Positions 28,241 through 41,173 of a stretch of DNA of 64,000 nt are shown here, piece after piece. The stretch covers positions 34,588-98,587 of the forward strand of contig JAIXWI010000015.1 of the NCBI GenBank assembly GCA_027491355.1, read 5' to 3'. How positions within the stretch are numbered: the stretch's first letter is position 1; every line of letters begins with the position of its first letter. The notes beneath the pieces are model-generated. The model did not search any database and was not told where the DNA came from. It saw nothing but the letters and a program-made list of their open reading frames with translations. Source of the DNA: Bacteroidota bacterium (GTDB taxonomy: Bacteria; Bacteroidota; Bacteroidia; UKL13-3). The position numbers and the translations under genes are program-made.

Positions 28241-28241
28241 A

Positions 28242-29198
28242 TTGAATTTATTTAGGTTCATTAAGTCGGTTTTTTTTATCAGTACCGGAATCTTTCTGAT
28301 TTGGATGACAATCCAAAAAATAGCCTTTGATGATTTAAAAATTGCCTTACATCAAAGTTTAAATTGGCGGTTAATTCCAATTCTTTTAACTTCCGTTATG
28401 GTTGTTATTTTGAGGGCAAAACGGTGGCAATTACTTTTAAAAACACAAGAAGAAGCTGTTAGTCCATTCCCATTGTTTCATGCTTTGAATATCGGTTACC
28501 TTGTAAATTTTGCAATTCCTAGATTGGGTGAAATTTCAAGGGCTTTCCTTTTAAAAAATAACCAGCTCATTCCTTTTAATAAATCAATAGCAAGTATCAT
28601 TTTTGAAAGGCTTTCTGATTTAATAGTATTGGGCTTCATTTTAATTTCTGCACTGGTTTTAGAGTATTTTTTTAATGAGGGTGTTGTAAGTCATTTAATT
28701 TACTCAATTCAACTGAATCCTTTCATGCTTCTGATTTTCAGCTGTTTTGTTGCCATTATAATTGGTTTAATGATACAGTATTGGCAAAAAATTAAAGCAA
28801 GAATTGGAATTTGGGCACAAGAGTTCATACAGTATTTTTCGATGTTAATCAGACTCAAAAACAGAAAAAAGTTTATTTTATTGACAACAGGAATTTGGGT
28901 CGGTTTTTATTTAATGACAATGCTTTGGATTTTTGTTTTTCCAGTTAGCACCCAGCTGTCGTTTTTTGCTTGTTTTGAAGTGATGTTGGTTGGTGTGTTA
29001 GCTAGAACATTGCCCATTCAAGCAGGATCAGCAGGTGCTTATCATTTTGCAGTAACGAGTGCTTTTGTTTATTTTGGACTACCTCAAAATCAAGCTTTAA
29101 ATATGGCTTTGATGATTCATGGATTTCAATCAGTTTTAACGATAATACTGGGTGTATTCTCTTATATTTGGATACTCTATCAACAGAAAAATGCATAA
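28242..29198 (+). CDS. lysylphosphatidylglycerol-synthase-TM-like / flippase-like (UPF0104) membrane protein
   Basis: 318 aa with ~8 TM helices. The N-terminus MNLFRFIKSVFFISTGIFLIWM...RAKRWQLLL is typical of this family. Confidence 0.55.
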   Translation: MNLFRFIKSVFFISTGIFLIWMTIQKIAFDDLKIALHQSLNWRLIPILLTSVMVVILRAKRWQLLLKTQEEAVSPFPLFHALNIGYLVNFAIPRLGEISRAFLLKNNQLIPFNKSIASIIFERLSDLIVLGFILISALVLEYFFNEGVVSHLIYSIQLNPFMLLIFSCFVAIIIGLMIQYWQKIKARIGIWAQEFIQYFSMLIRLKNRKKFILLTTGIWVGFYLMTMLWIFVFPVSTQLSFFACFEVMLVGVLARTLPIQAGSAGAYHFAVTSAFVYFGLPQNQALNMALMIHGFQSVLTIILGVFSYIWILYQQKNA

Positions 29199-30318
29199 AT
29201 TCCTTGTTTGCCTTCTCTTATTTGTATTTTATAACAACTCAGCTCAAGTGCCCAAATTAGGAAATGATAGCACGTTCGAATTTGCCACTTGGAATGTTTA
29301 TTGGCTTGGAGACAATACCCCTGGAAATGGCCCTGCAGATGAAACTTTACAATACAACAATGTAAAGCAGTTCATTCAACAAAGTGATTTAGATTTAATA
29401 GCAATTCAAGAGTTGAGCAACCTCAATACTTATTACCAATTGAATAAAGATTTATCAAAATACGCGTCCATGCTTTCGGACATTGATCAAGTTCAAAAAA
29501 TGGGGCTATTCTGGAAAAAATCTCATTTTAATTTAATTCAGGCCTATTCATATACTATTTTAAACGACCAATCCTATAATTTTGGTCGAGCACCTATGCA
29601 GGTTTGCTTACAGCTCAACAACGATAATAAAGATACCATCTTTTTTATCGTTCTACACATGAAAGCATTTGGAGATCAGGATTCATACAACAGACGGATG
29701 AATGCTTCCATTGGATTGAAAGCCTACATAGAAACTTCACTTCAAAATAAAAAATATGTAATTTTAGGCGATTGGAACGATGATTTGAATTACTCTACCT
29801 ATCAAAAAATGGTATCGCCGTACCAAAATTTACTAAATGCAGGCTATCATTTTCCAACAAAAGAACTCACTGATCAAGGAAAAAGAAGCTATGCTTATTC
29901 AAAAGTTATGTTTGACCACATACTTCACTGCCAATTAATTCAAGACAGTTTTTATATTCCAAACAGCTCAGCTGTATTTGATATTGCACCTAATTACATC
30001 ATTAATTTTTCCAGATCTACTTCTGACCATTATCCTGTTTATGCACAGTATAATTTTAAATTAGCAACTGAAAAAGGCACAGGTTATGATGATCATTTCC
30101 AAATCAACCAATTTGATATTTATCCAAATCCATCAAACAGTATGATTTGGATCTCAAATACAACTGCACCCACACCATATGCTATTTTCAACTCACTTGG
30201 TGAATTGGTTTTGAGTGGGATTGGCTGTTTTGTTGACATTGAGAAAATTCCCTCTGGAATCTATCTCATTGAGAGAAAAGGGTATAGAGTTGCCCGATTT
30301 TGCAAATATTTGAATTAA
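29191..30318 (+). CDS. endonuclease/exonuclease/phosphatase (EEP)-family secreted protein with T9SS type-A C-terminal domain
   Basis: Start chosen at MHKFLVCLLLF (the track ORF begins at 29152). The sequence has an EEP pattern (WNVYWLGD..., IAIQEL, LGDWNDD, SDHYPV). The C-terminus FDIYPNPSNSMIWIS...GIYLIE is a Por_Secre_tail-like sorting domain. Confidence 0.6.
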   Translation: MHKFLVCLLLFVFYNNSAQVPKLGNDSTFEFATWNVYWLGDNTPGNGPADETLQYNNVKQFIQQSDLDLIAIQELSNLNTYYQLNKDLSKYASMLSDIDQVQKMGLFWKKSHFNLIQAYSYTILNDQSYNFGRAPMQVCLQLNNDNKDTIFFIVLHMKAFGDQDSYNRRMNASIGLKAYIETSLQNKKYVILGDWNDDLNYSTYQKMVSPYQNLLNAGYHFPTKELTDQGKRSYAYSKVMFDHILHCQLIQDSFYIPNSSAVFDIAPNYIINFSRSTSDHYPVYAQYNFKLATEKGTGYDDHFQINQFDIYPNPSNSMIWISNTTAPTPYAIFNSLGELVLSGIGCFVDIEKIPSGIYLIERKGYRVARFCKYLN

Positions 30319-30380
30319 TGTTGGTATCTTCATTTTGCACCTATTCAGATTTTGGCTAATTTTGCCAAAACCCAAATCAA

Positions 30381-32776
<2,396 letters not shown>

Positions 32777-32790
32777 TTGATTCAAAAAGC

Positions 32791-33084
32791 ATGAAAGCAC
32801 TGATCAAAAATAAATACTTTTTGGCAACAATTGCTTTCATGCTGCTGCTCATCCTCAATGACAGAAACAGCATTATAGATCAATACAGGTATCAAGTTGA
32901 GCTAAATGAGGCTAAAGCAAAACATCTCTTTTACACAAAAGAAATTGAACGCCTAAAAAAAGAGAAGTTTGAACTATTGGGCGACCAATCTAAAGTTGAA
33001 AAGTTTGCAAGAGAAAAATACTTCATGAAAAGAGACGATGAGTCTGTTTTCATTATGGAGAAAACCTCCGAAGAAAAAGAATGA
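32791..33084 (+). CDS. septum formation initiator (FtsB/DivIC-like) protein
   Basis: 97 aa with one TM helix followed by a coiled coil (EIERLKKEKFELL). It sits immediately downstream of eno, as is typical in Bacteroidota. Confidence 0.55.
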   Translation: MKALIKNKYFLATIAFMLLLILNDRNSIIDQYRYQVELNEAKAKHLFYTKEIERLKKEKFELLGDQSKVEKFAREKYFMKRDDESVFIMEKTSEEKE

Positions 33085-33087
33085 ATA

Positions 33088-33765
33088 TTACTTTTTCTTT
33101 TTGTAAAGACCTTTACCCAACGAATTTAAAAACTGAGACCAAGCAAATACATCTAAAACTGGCATTGGCTGCTGTTGGCCTGCATAATAAGCCCTGTTAG
33201 CCACTTGGTTAAATGTCCAGCTCGAATTTGCCAACCCATCATTTTGCAAGCTATTTCCAAAAGCCAACAAGGGCTTAACTCTTAGGTTATTTTGAGCAAT
33301 GGTCAATTGATCCATTGGCACATTGATTCGGCTAAACATGTATTCAAACTCCTCGGGTGTTGGATTTGCTTTAAAAACCATTTCAGGTAAAAAAAATGTG
33401 TCTTCAACCAATGCAATAACTGTATTTAATTTTGAAGACTTAACTCCTTTGGGCACAATAAATTGCTTAGGTTCAAAACCAATACAACTAAAAACAATGA
33501 CATCATTTTCTTTGGCTACCAAAGAAAAATAACCTTGCATGTCAGCATAACTACCTCTATTGGTACCTTTAATTTTGATGCTTGTATAGGGTAAAATACT
33601 GCTGCTGTCTGCAGTAACTACAAAGCCAGAAAATTGAACCAAAGCCTTGCTATTTAAGCTGTCTTTACCTTGTTGAGCATACATACTAAATGACATGATG
33701 AATGCAAATAGGGCAATAAGATTATTTTTTAATGACATTGAATATTGGTCTGAATTGTGAATCAA
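33088..33765 (-). CDS. hypothetical secreted protein with carboxypeptidase-regulatory-like beta-sandwich
   Basis: Signal peptide; the sequence SGFVVTADSSSILPYTSIKIKGTNRGSYADMQGYFSL resembles a CarbopepD_reg fold. Confidence 0.35.
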   Translation of the reverse strand: MIHNSDQYSMSLKNNLIALFAFIMSFSMYAQQGKDSLNSKALVQFSGFVVTADSSSILPYTSIKIKGTNRGSYADMQGYFSLVAKENDVIVFSCIGFEPKQFIVPKGVKSSKLNTVIALVEDTFFLPEMVFKANPTPEEFEYMFSRINVPMDQLTIAQNNLRVKPLLAFGNSLQNDGLANSSWTFNQVANRAYYAGQQQPMPVLDVFAWSQFLNSLGKGLYKKKK

Positions 33766-34989
33766 TTATACTAAAAATCCTGCTAAGAGCGTAACAATTA
33801 CTATAATTGGGCTTGGAATTTTAGTAGTGAGTAAAACAAAAAAGGTTGACAACAAAACAATCATATTAGATTGGTTAATTGCCAATGGAATGAAAAGTAA
33901 ATATGCTGAAGTAATAACCAATCCTGCCGAAACTGCATTAATTCCTTCTATGGCATTGGCAATAGGCGTATACGCTCTAAGTTGATCCCAAATTGGATAC
34001 ACAAAAAAAATCAACAAAATGCCAGGCAAGAAAATTCCTACAGCAGCAATGAATGCACCTAGTAACTGTAAATTCAAGCCTTCATTTGACATAACCAGAG
34101 CACCAACATAACTTGCAAAACTAAATACAGGTCCAGGTATGGCTTGCAGGATGCCTAAACCTGCTAAAAAATCATTGGCATTTAAATAACCCTTGAACAC
34201 GACAAACTGGTTGTACATCATAGGAATGAGTACATTGCCACCGCCGAAAACCAAGCTACCATATCTGTACATGTTTTCAAATAACCTGAACAGTTTATCT
34301 TGAGTGGCAAATCCCAATAGTGCTGCTGTTATAAATACCGAAAAAAACAACAACAGGTTACTCCAGTTGACTGCTTTAATGACATGTATTTGTTGTACTT
34401 GTTGTTTTTTATTGATCAAACTACTGATAAAACCACCAGCAATTAACAGAATAGGGAAGACATATGGTGTACTTGCAATGATTCCTGTTATTGCAGTAGC
34501 AATTAGAAGTACCCAATGGTAAAATTTATGGATGAACAATTGTACAAATTGAAAGGCACCATAAATTATAAATCCTGAAGCCATAGGTTGCAAATACTTA
34601 AAAAAAGGGAGCGCTTGAACAGTAATTCCAAAACGCGAAACAAGCAAAGCAAAACAACCCATGATGATACATGCTGGACTGATCCAAATAGCTAGTGTAA
34701 GGAAAGCTAATTTAGGTCCACCTTTTTTAAATCCAATGGCTGTAATTATTTGAGTTGATGTTGGTCCGGGCAAAATGCTACACAATGAATTCAATTCAAT
34801 CAACTCATCTAAATTTAAATATTTTTTACGTTCAACAAGAACACGCTTAAACTGGGTAAAATGTATTTGAGGACCACCAAAAGCTGTACATGAAAGCTTT
34901 AGTACATCAAACAAAAATAGCAATTGTCTGAATTTAGACCTATTGTTAGCTTGTTCAATTTTCATGTGTATTTTCAGTGATAGAGTCAA
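33766..34989 (-). CDS. chrA: chromate transporter (ChrA, duplicated CHR domains)
   Basis: 407 aa with two homologous halves, each containing a GGP motif (AFGGPQIHF..., VFGGGNVLIPM). Confidence 0.7.
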   Translation of the reverse strand: MTLSLKIHMKIEQANNRSKFRQLLFLFDVLKLSCTAFGGPQIHFTQFKRVLVERKKYLNLDELIELNSLCSILPGPTSTQIITAIGFKKGGPKLAFLTLAIWISPACIIMGCFALLVSRFGITVQALPFFKYLQPMASGFIIYGAFQFVQLFIHKFYHWVLLIATAITGIIASTPYVFPILLIAGGFISSLINKKQQVQQIHVIKAVNWSNLLLFFSVFITAALLGFATQDKLFRLFENMYRYGSLVFGGGNVLIPMMYNQFVVFKGYLNANDFLAGLGILQAIPGPVFSFASYVGALVMSNEGLNLQLLGAFIAAVGIFLPGILLIFFVYPIWDQLRAYTPIANAIEGINAVSAGLVITSAYLLFIPLAINQSNMIVLLSTFFVLLTTKIPSPIIVIVTLLAGFLV

Positions 34990-36346
34990 ACGGCAAATTC
35001 ATCTGAATGCCCATCAAAATAAAGAATAAGCTAAATGCGACACCCAATTGAGTTTGCAAAATAGGCTCTACTTGGAAAGCAAAAAAGAGTAACAAATAAA
35101 TACCATACAAAGCTGGATTCAACCTTTTTCTAAAATACCACAAGGGATAAAAAAAGGACATCGAAAAAAACAACAAACCTGTAATTCCAGTTGCTGCTAA
35201 TAAAAACAAAAACTGATTGTGTGGCAAAATTGGCTTGCTAACATCTGGAAATGTCTGTTTGAAGATTTGTGTATTTAAATCGTTGATATCGCCCAATCCA
35301 CAGCCAAATAGCCAACTCGTTTGATTGCAAATTTCTATTGCATTTTTGTATGATATGAGTCGGCTTGCAAGCGATTGATTATTGGCGGAAGCATTATTAG
35401 AAATTACTGCCAAATCTTGCCCAGTATTGATGAGTTTATTCTTAAAAGTAGGTGAGTTCAGGAGCACTATACTACCTACCAAAGCGAGCATTATGAAAGC
35501 TACTATCGCTTTAAATTTATTGGTTTGAAAGCCATACTTAATTGTTTCTGCAATTACAAGAACGTACAGAACAAGCATTCCTATCCTGACTGAAAATACA
35601 TGAACAAAAACAAATAGAAATACTGACATTATCAAAAAAATTGGCTTTTCAATTTTTGACCAATTGGTCTGACTTTTATCTGTAAAAAGTTGCCAAGCTA
35701 AAAATGTGGCAAAGGCTGACATTAAACTAAAAGTTGGGTGGTGAGTAACCAATGTAGGCATTACTTGACTATGCAAATACAATTCATTTACCAAGTGTTG
35801 GTTGAACAAATAATACAATATTGCTTTGAGGGCAACAAAAAATACACCCGATATGAACCATTTGTAACAAAACATTAATTCCTTCTTGGACAAAACTGGT
35901 GCTATCATCCAACAGAGTGGTAAAACTAAATAGGGAACGTTGATTTGTAAACGTTCTAAGTAATACTCAAGGTTATCTGAATAAAAATAGGAGGGCAGCA
36001 GTAGCAAAAAACAAAAGGCAATGCTGCCGTATAATTTTATCCTATTTTGACTGGTATTTTTATTTAAAATTAAATGTATGATAGCTGTTAAACTCATTCC
36101 AATCATTCCAATACTAGCCAATGCTCTGGCAACGTCTATCAGCAACATGCCAGTAATGGTTAGCAGACAGAATAAAAAGTATAACCTTTTAATGTATGAT
36201 GGATGAATTTTCATGAGCCAACTTGTAATTTTTGTATTCTCCCAATCGATAGCCCGTAAACCGTTCAATGAAATAAAGGATTTTTTTTCTAATTCCAATT
36301 TTCTTGTTTTGAATTTGGGGAGTAAAATGCCAATTCTTCGATTCAA
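34955..36346 (-). CDS. polytopic membrane protein, O-antigen-ligase (Wzy_C)-like; start probably internal
   Basis: ~10 TM helices. The track start overlaps the upstream gene by 158 nt, so internal ATGs at ~36214 or ~36148 are more plausible starts. Confidence 0.35.
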   Translation of the reverse strand: MNRRIGILLPKFKTRKLELEKKSFISLNGLRAIDWENTKITSWLMKIHPSYIKRLYFLFCLLTITGMLLIDVARALASIGMIGMSLTAIIHLILNKNTSQNRIKLYGSIAFCFLLLLPSYFYSDNLEYYLERLQINVPYLVLPLCWMIAPVLSKKELMFCYKWFISGVFFVALKAILYYLFNQHLVNELYLHSQVMPTLVTHHPTFSLMSAFATFLAWQLFTDKSQTNWSKIEKPIFLIMSVFLFVFVHVFSVRIGMLVLYVLVIAETIKYGFQTNKFKAIVAFIMLALVGSIVLLNSPTFKNKLINTGQDLAVISNNASANNQSLASRLISYKNAIEICNQTSWLFGCGLGDINDLNTQIFKQTFPDVSKPILPHNQFLFLLAATGITGLLFFSMSFFYPLWYFRKRLNPALYGIYLLLFFAFQVEPILQTQLGVAFSLFFILMGIQMNLPFDSITENTHEN

Positions 36347-37085
36347 TTCGCTGCTGCATCACAATTGGATGGGTACCCTTAAACAAACTCAACGAATCAA
36401 TGGCGTTGTAATCAAATGACTCTTGAATTTGCTTTTGTTGTGCTTGAATCCATTCGTCAGAATGCCATAATTGATGAAAATGCTTTATTTTCTTAGACAT
36501 CATTTGGGGATGTCTGACCCAACCATAATGATAGATGTAGGCATCAACCAGTTGAACCAGTAGCTTTCGATTGTTTTTTCTGAAACCTTGTGCATCTTGA
36601 TATGAAGCAATTTGCACATCATTTCTGATGATCCTAATCTCATGCCTGTAGAAATCTCTTGAAGTAGCCACATAATCGTAGCTTCCAAAGAAATGAATGT
36701 ACTTGAACAGTAAACCTTCAATTTGATGCTGATGCTTACATTTGTTCATTGCAGAAAGTAACGTGTCATAAGATGTTTCAGGAATGACTTCATCAGCTTG
36801 GAGATAAATACACCAATCAGCATGAGCAGAAACCAATTGCTTTGCCTTGTCCGTTTCTGCAGCTAATACACGTCCACCGGCTCTGAGCGAATCATCCCAT
36901 ACCGAATGGTGGATTTTTATTTTAGGAGAATTAATAGATTGAATCAATTGTTCTGTCTCGTCTTCTGAATTGCCAATTAAAACAATTACTTCATCACACA
37001 AGGGCAATAAAGACTGAATGGATGCTACAACTGGATAGTCATATTTAACAGCATTTCTTACTATAGTAAATCCACTTACAAACAT
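36189..37085 (-). CDS. glycosyltransferase (GT2-like) family protein
   Basis: 298 aa. The N-terminus FTIVRNAVKYDYP...DEVIVLIGNSEDET resembles a GT-A fold with a DxD-like motif. Confidence 0.4.
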   Translation of the reverse strand: MFVSGFTIVRNAVKYDYPVVASIQSLLPLCDEVIVLIGNSEDETEQLIQSINSPKIKIHHSVWDDSLRAGGRVLAAETDKAKQLVSAHADWCIYLQADEVIPETSYDTLLSAMNKCKHQHQIEGLLFKYIHFFGSYDYVATSRDFYRHEIRIIRNDVQIASYQDAQGFRKNNRKLLVQLVDAYIYHYGWVRHPQMMSKKIKHFHQLWHSDEWIQAQQKQIQESFDYNAIDSLSLFKGTHPIVMQQRIESKNWHFTPQIQNKKIGIRKKILYFIERFTGYRLGEYKNYKLAHENSSIIH

Positions 37086-37086
37086 G

Positions 37087-38352
37087 TTATTTTGACCTTA
37101 TTGCTTCTACCGGATCTAATTTAGCAGCTGACAATGCAGGAATAAAGCCAGAAACTATTCCTATAATAACCGATACCAATAAACCAGTTATGATATTCTT
37201 TTGACTCAAGTATAAATTCATATCCAGTCCTGATTTTACCCCTAAGGTAATGAGATAGACAAATAGTAAACCAATTAATCCACCTAATAAACAAAGCAAA
37301 ACGGATTCAACTAGAAACTCTACTAAAATAAAATAATTCTTAGCACCAAGGGCCTTTTGAATGCCAATTTGTTGAGTCCTTTCTTTTACACTGACAAACA
37401 TGATGTTAGCAATGCCAAATCCTCCAACAAGCATAGCAAATCCACCAATAACCCAACCTGCAATACTGACTACACCAAATAACTGTTTGAGAGGTCCTGA
37501 CAATAACGTAGTTTTATTGATTGCAAAATCAGGTTCTTCCATTGGCTTTAGCTTTCTGACACTCCGCATCACGCCTTTTAACTCGTTTTCTAGTAAATCT
37601 ACAGTAACTCCAGCTTTGGCTTTAACATGAATCCTACTATTTATTTGATTTGAATTAGCCCTGATATAGGTATTTGCAGCTTTAATTGGAATGATGAACA
37701 CGTTGTCCATACTGTTATTGATTAAACTTTCACCTTCTTTTTTAATAACACCACATATTTTGAATGGGTTACCATTAATTTTGATCAGGTGGTCTAATGG
37801 ATTGATTTGTGATGGAAATAAATTTTGGTAAATTTCCCATCCAATGACTGTTTTTGCTTCTCCATTACTGGCTTCATTTTCAGTAAAATACCTTCCAAAC
37901 TCAAAATCCATTTGTCGGATATCTACATATTCAAAAGATGCAGCCATTCCTTTTACACCCTCTGCAGCATACTTGCCATTTTTAACAGTATAGTTGGGTA
38001 AGTCAATGGTAAGCGCTGCTGTAGATTGTAAACTGGTATTGTTACTGACTTTTTTCAATTCAGCTAAATTTGGATTGGGTCTGTTCATGTACTTCCACCA
38101 TTTGTAATCAGGACCAAACTCCCAAGGCCATTTTTCAACAAATGCTACATCCTTTCCCAAGGAATCTACACTGTCTTCTAAGTTTTTTTCAAGAGAATCA
38201 ACCACACACAACACCATAATGATACAAAAAATGCCAATGGTGATACCTAAAGTAGAAAGAAAAGTTCGGGTTTTGTTATTCCTCAACGCATCAAGTGCAA
38301 ACGAAGCGCTTTCGGCCAATTGTTGGTATAGGATTCTTAATTTTCGCATCAA
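37087..38352 (-). CDS. ABC transporter permease (FtsX/MacB-like)
   Basis: 421 aa with an N-terminal TM, a large periplasmic domain and a C-terminal 3-TM FtsX domain. Confidence 0.75.
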   Translation of the reverse strand: MMRKLRILYQQLAESASFALDALRNNKTRTFLSTLGITIGIFCIIMVLCVVDSLEKNLEDSVDSLGKDVAFVEKWPWEFGPDYKWWKYMNRPNPNLAELKKVSNNTSLQSTAALTIDLPNYTVKNGKYAAEGVKGMAASFEYVDIRQMDFEFGRYFTENEASNGEAKTVIGWEIYQNLFPSQINPLDHLIKINGNPFKICGVIKKEGESLINNSMDNVFIIPIKAANTYIRANSNQINSRIHVKAKAGVTVDLLENELKGVMRSVRKLKPMEEPDFAINKTTLLSGPLKQLFGVVSIAGWVIGGFAMLVGGFGIANIMFVSVKERTQQIGIQKALGAKNYFILVEFLVESVLLCLLGGLIGLLFVYLITLGVKSGLDMNLYLSQKNIITGLLVSVIIGIVSGFIPALSAAKLDPVEAIRSK

Positions 38353-38405
38353 CAGTACAATAATACAATGCTTCTGAGAATTCTTATCATATTAAAATGA
38401 GATTA

Positions 38406-39086
38406 TTACTCATCTAGTTGCCAATTAATAGGTAAGACGCCTTGTAATGCAAGCCAATCATTGGCTTTAGAAAATGGCTTTGTTCCAAAAAAACCTTGAT
38501 AAGCAGATAAAGGTGAAGGATGAACAGCTGTCAGAACCAAATGTTTTTTACTATCTATTAAAACTAGTTTACTCTTAGCATAATTTCCCCAAAGTATAAA
38601 AACACAATGCGCTTGCTCACTAGATATTTTTTGAATTACAGCATCTGTAAATAACTCCCAACCTTTTTTTTGGTGACTTCCTGCCCTATGAGCTTCTACA
38701 GTTAATGTGGCATTTAATAGAAAAACCCCTTGTTTTGCCCAATTACTTAAATCTCCGTGCAATGGTAACTTTTTGACCTTTAAATCTTGTTGTAATTCTT
38801 TGTAAATATTTTTCAATGAAGGGGGAATAGCTATGCCTTTATTGACTGAAAAACACAAGCCATTGGCTTGTCCTGGTCCATGATATGGATCTTGACCCAA
38901 GATAACTACTTTTACTTGATGTAAAGGTGTAAAATCAAATGCGTTAAAAATTTGTGAACCTGGTGGATACAAAACTTTCCCTAACTGTTTTTCTTGCTTT
39001 ATAAATTGCAAAAGATAGCTGAAATAAGGCTTAGAGAATTCCTCATCCAGAGCTTTTTTCCAACTGCTTTCAATTTTAATATCCAT
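38406..39086 (-). CDS. ung: uracil-DNA glycosylase (family 1)
   Basis: Carries [22 protein letters not shown] and HPSPLSA motifs. Confidence 0.9.
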   Translation of the reverse strand: MDIKIESSWKKALDEEFSKPYFSYLLQFIKQEKQLGKVLYPPGSQIFNAFDFTPLHQVKVVILGQDPYHGPGQANGLCFSVNKGIAIPPSLKNIYKELQQDLKVKKLPLHGDLSNWAKQGVFLLNATLTVEAHRAGSHQKKGWELFTDAVIQKISSEQAHCVFILWGNYAKSKLVLIDSKKHLVLTAVHPSPLSAYQGFFGTKPFSKANDWLALQGVLPINWQLDE

Positions 39087-39127
39087 GTTTGTTTGTAAAT
39101 ATGGCTATTTGATTTGAATTTTGCCAC

Positions 39128-39940
39128 ATGACATTACAAGAAACAATAGAAAATGCTTGGAACGATAGAAGCCAACTGAATCACCCAGAAACAATTGCAG
39201 CAATCAATGAAGTAATAGAAAGTTTAGACAAAGGTATACTCAGAGTGGCAGAGCCAAATGGTAATGAATGGCAAGTAAACGATTGGATAAAAAAAGCTGT
39301 TATACTCTATTTTCCTACCAGAAAAATGGAAACAATGCATGCAGGTCCAATGGAATTTCATGATAAAATGGCGCTAAAATCTAACTATGAAGCATTAGGT
39401 ATTCGAGTAGTTCCACATGCTGTGGCTAGGTATGGTGCATTCATTGCAAAAGGTGTGATTTTAATGCCATCATATGTAAACATTGGTGCTTTTGTAGATG
39501 AAGGTACGATGGTTGACACTTGGGCCACCGTTGGAAGTTGTGCTCAAATAGGTAAAAATGTTCATTTATCAGGGGGGGTAGGTATTGGCGGTGTGTTAGA
39601 ACCTGTTCAAGCGGCACCAGTAATCATTGAAGACAATTGCTTCATTGGTTCAAGGTGTATTGTTGTAGAGGGAGTTAGGGTAGGAACAGGAGCTGTATTA
39701 GGAGCAGGAGTAACCCTTACCATGTCAACAAAAATTATTGATGTGACTGGTCCTGAACCTATACAATATCAAGGGTATGTTCCTGCAAACAGTGTTGTCA
39801 TTCCTGGCATGCATGAGAAAACATTTCAAGCGGGAAAATACCAGGTACCTTGCGCACTCATTATTGGCAAAAGAAAGCAAAGTACCGACTTAAAAACATC
39901 GCTCAATGCAACACTTAGAGCGTTTGAGGTAGCCGTTTAA
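39128..39940 (+). CDS. dapD: 2,3,4,5-tetrahydropyridine-2,6-dicarboxylate N-succinyltransferase
   Basis: 270 aa with a left-handed beta-helix of hexapeptide repeats and a DapD-like N-terminal domain. Confidence 0.8.
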   Translation: MTLQETIENAWNDRSQLNHPETIAAINEVIESLDKGILRVAEPNGNEWQVNDWIKKAVILYFPTRKMETMHAGPMEFHDKMALKSNYEALGIRVVPHAVARYGAFIAKGVILMPSYVNIGAFVDEGTMVDTWATVGSCAQIGKNVHLSGGVGIGGVLEPVQAAPVIIEDNCFIGSRCIVVEGVRVGTGAVLGAGVTLTMSTKIIDVTGPEPIQYQGYVPANSVVIPGMHEKTFQAGKYQVPCALIIGKRKQSTDLKTSLNATLRAFEVAV

Positions 39941-40043
39941 GGATAGCCTTAAAACAAGTCATTTTAAGAAAAAAATATAATTATAATTTACTGAATATCA
40001 GATATAAAAAACAAAATGAATCAAGTCAGTATTATTTTTCATC

Positions 40044-41033
40044 ATGAAAAAATATACGCTATTACTTTGTTTCATTTTTATATTTTCTACCATTTATTCT
40101 GAAGTAAAAGCATGGGGATTTTTTGCCCATCAACTTATCAATGAACTTGCCATTTATGCCTTGCCGCCAGAATTATTTGAGTTCTACAAACAACATGTTT
40201 CTTATTTAAAAGCTCATGCTGTAGATCCAGATAAGAGAAGGTATATCAACCCAAAAGAAGCAAGTCGGCATTACATAGATTTAGATTATTATGAACACGC
40301 ATCGCCCATTGATTCTTTACCAAGAACATATTCGGCTGCAGCCCTTAAATACAGCCTTGATACTATTGTAAAGCATGGCACTGTTCCCTGGCAAATTCAA
40401 TTTACGTTAAACAACTTGGAAGCTGCATTTTGTGAAAACAATGTATCATTGGTATTAAAATATTCAGCAGACTTAGGACATTACATGGCAGATGCACATG
40501 TTCCTTTACACAATACTGCAAATTATAATGGTCAGCTAAGTGGTCAGGTAGGTATACATGGTTTATTTGAAAGCAGGTTGCCTGAATTATTTGCAAACCA
40601 ATACCAAACCATTGCTCCTAAAGCTATTTACTTGTCAAACCCACTTCAATTTACTTGGAACACAATTCAAGAGGGATACGCGCTTCTTCCAATCGTATTT
40701 GAAAAAGACAAACTTGTTAGAAAAAAGATAGCACCAAACAAACATTTTGGATTTGTAAAAAAAGGAAATAAATGGGTAAAAATATGGTCTTTTGAATATG
40801 CTACTGCCTATCACAATGCATTGAATGGGATGGTTGAAAAGAGAATGATGCAAGCCGTTTATGCAATAGCTAGTTTATGGTATACTGCTTGGGTAAATGC
40901 TGGGCAACCAACTTTGTACAAAGTGAAAATACCCACAAATCCACTTCCCGATTCATTGGTTGATATTGAAGAAATAAACTGGTATGACCGCAATAACAAC
41001 TTGAATAATTTAATTTTAGAAAGTACACAGTAA
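40044..41033 (+). CDS. secreted zinc-dependent phospholipase C / S1-P1 nuclease superfamily protein
   Basis: Signal peptide followed by AWGFFAHQL, with His/Asp-rich spacing. Confidence 0.4.
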   Translation: MKKYTLLLCFIFIFSTIYSEVKAWGFFAHQLINELAIYALPPELFEFYKQHVSYLKAHAVDPDKRRYINPKEASRHYIDLDYYEHASPIDSLPRTYSAAALKYSLDTIVKHGTVPWQIQFTLNNLEAAFCENNVSLVLKYSADLGHYMADAHVPLHNTANYNGQLSGQVGIHGLFESRLPELFANQYQTIAPKAIYLSNPLQFTWNTIQEGYALLPIVFEKDKLVRKKIAPNKHFGFVKKGNKWVKIWSFEYATAYHNALNGMVEKRMMQAVYAIASLWYTAWVNAGQPTLYKVKIPTNPLPDSLVDIEEINWYDRNNNLNNLILESTQ

Positions 41034-41173
41034 AAGGGTGAATGATTGTGCATAACTTATATTTGACTGCATGCTATTCACGAGTATTTTTGTTAGTCTT
41101 CTGAAAGTATTAAATTTGATGCAATCAGAAGTTCACAATAGCGGAATACGCTTTAATAATTGATTTATACAAT

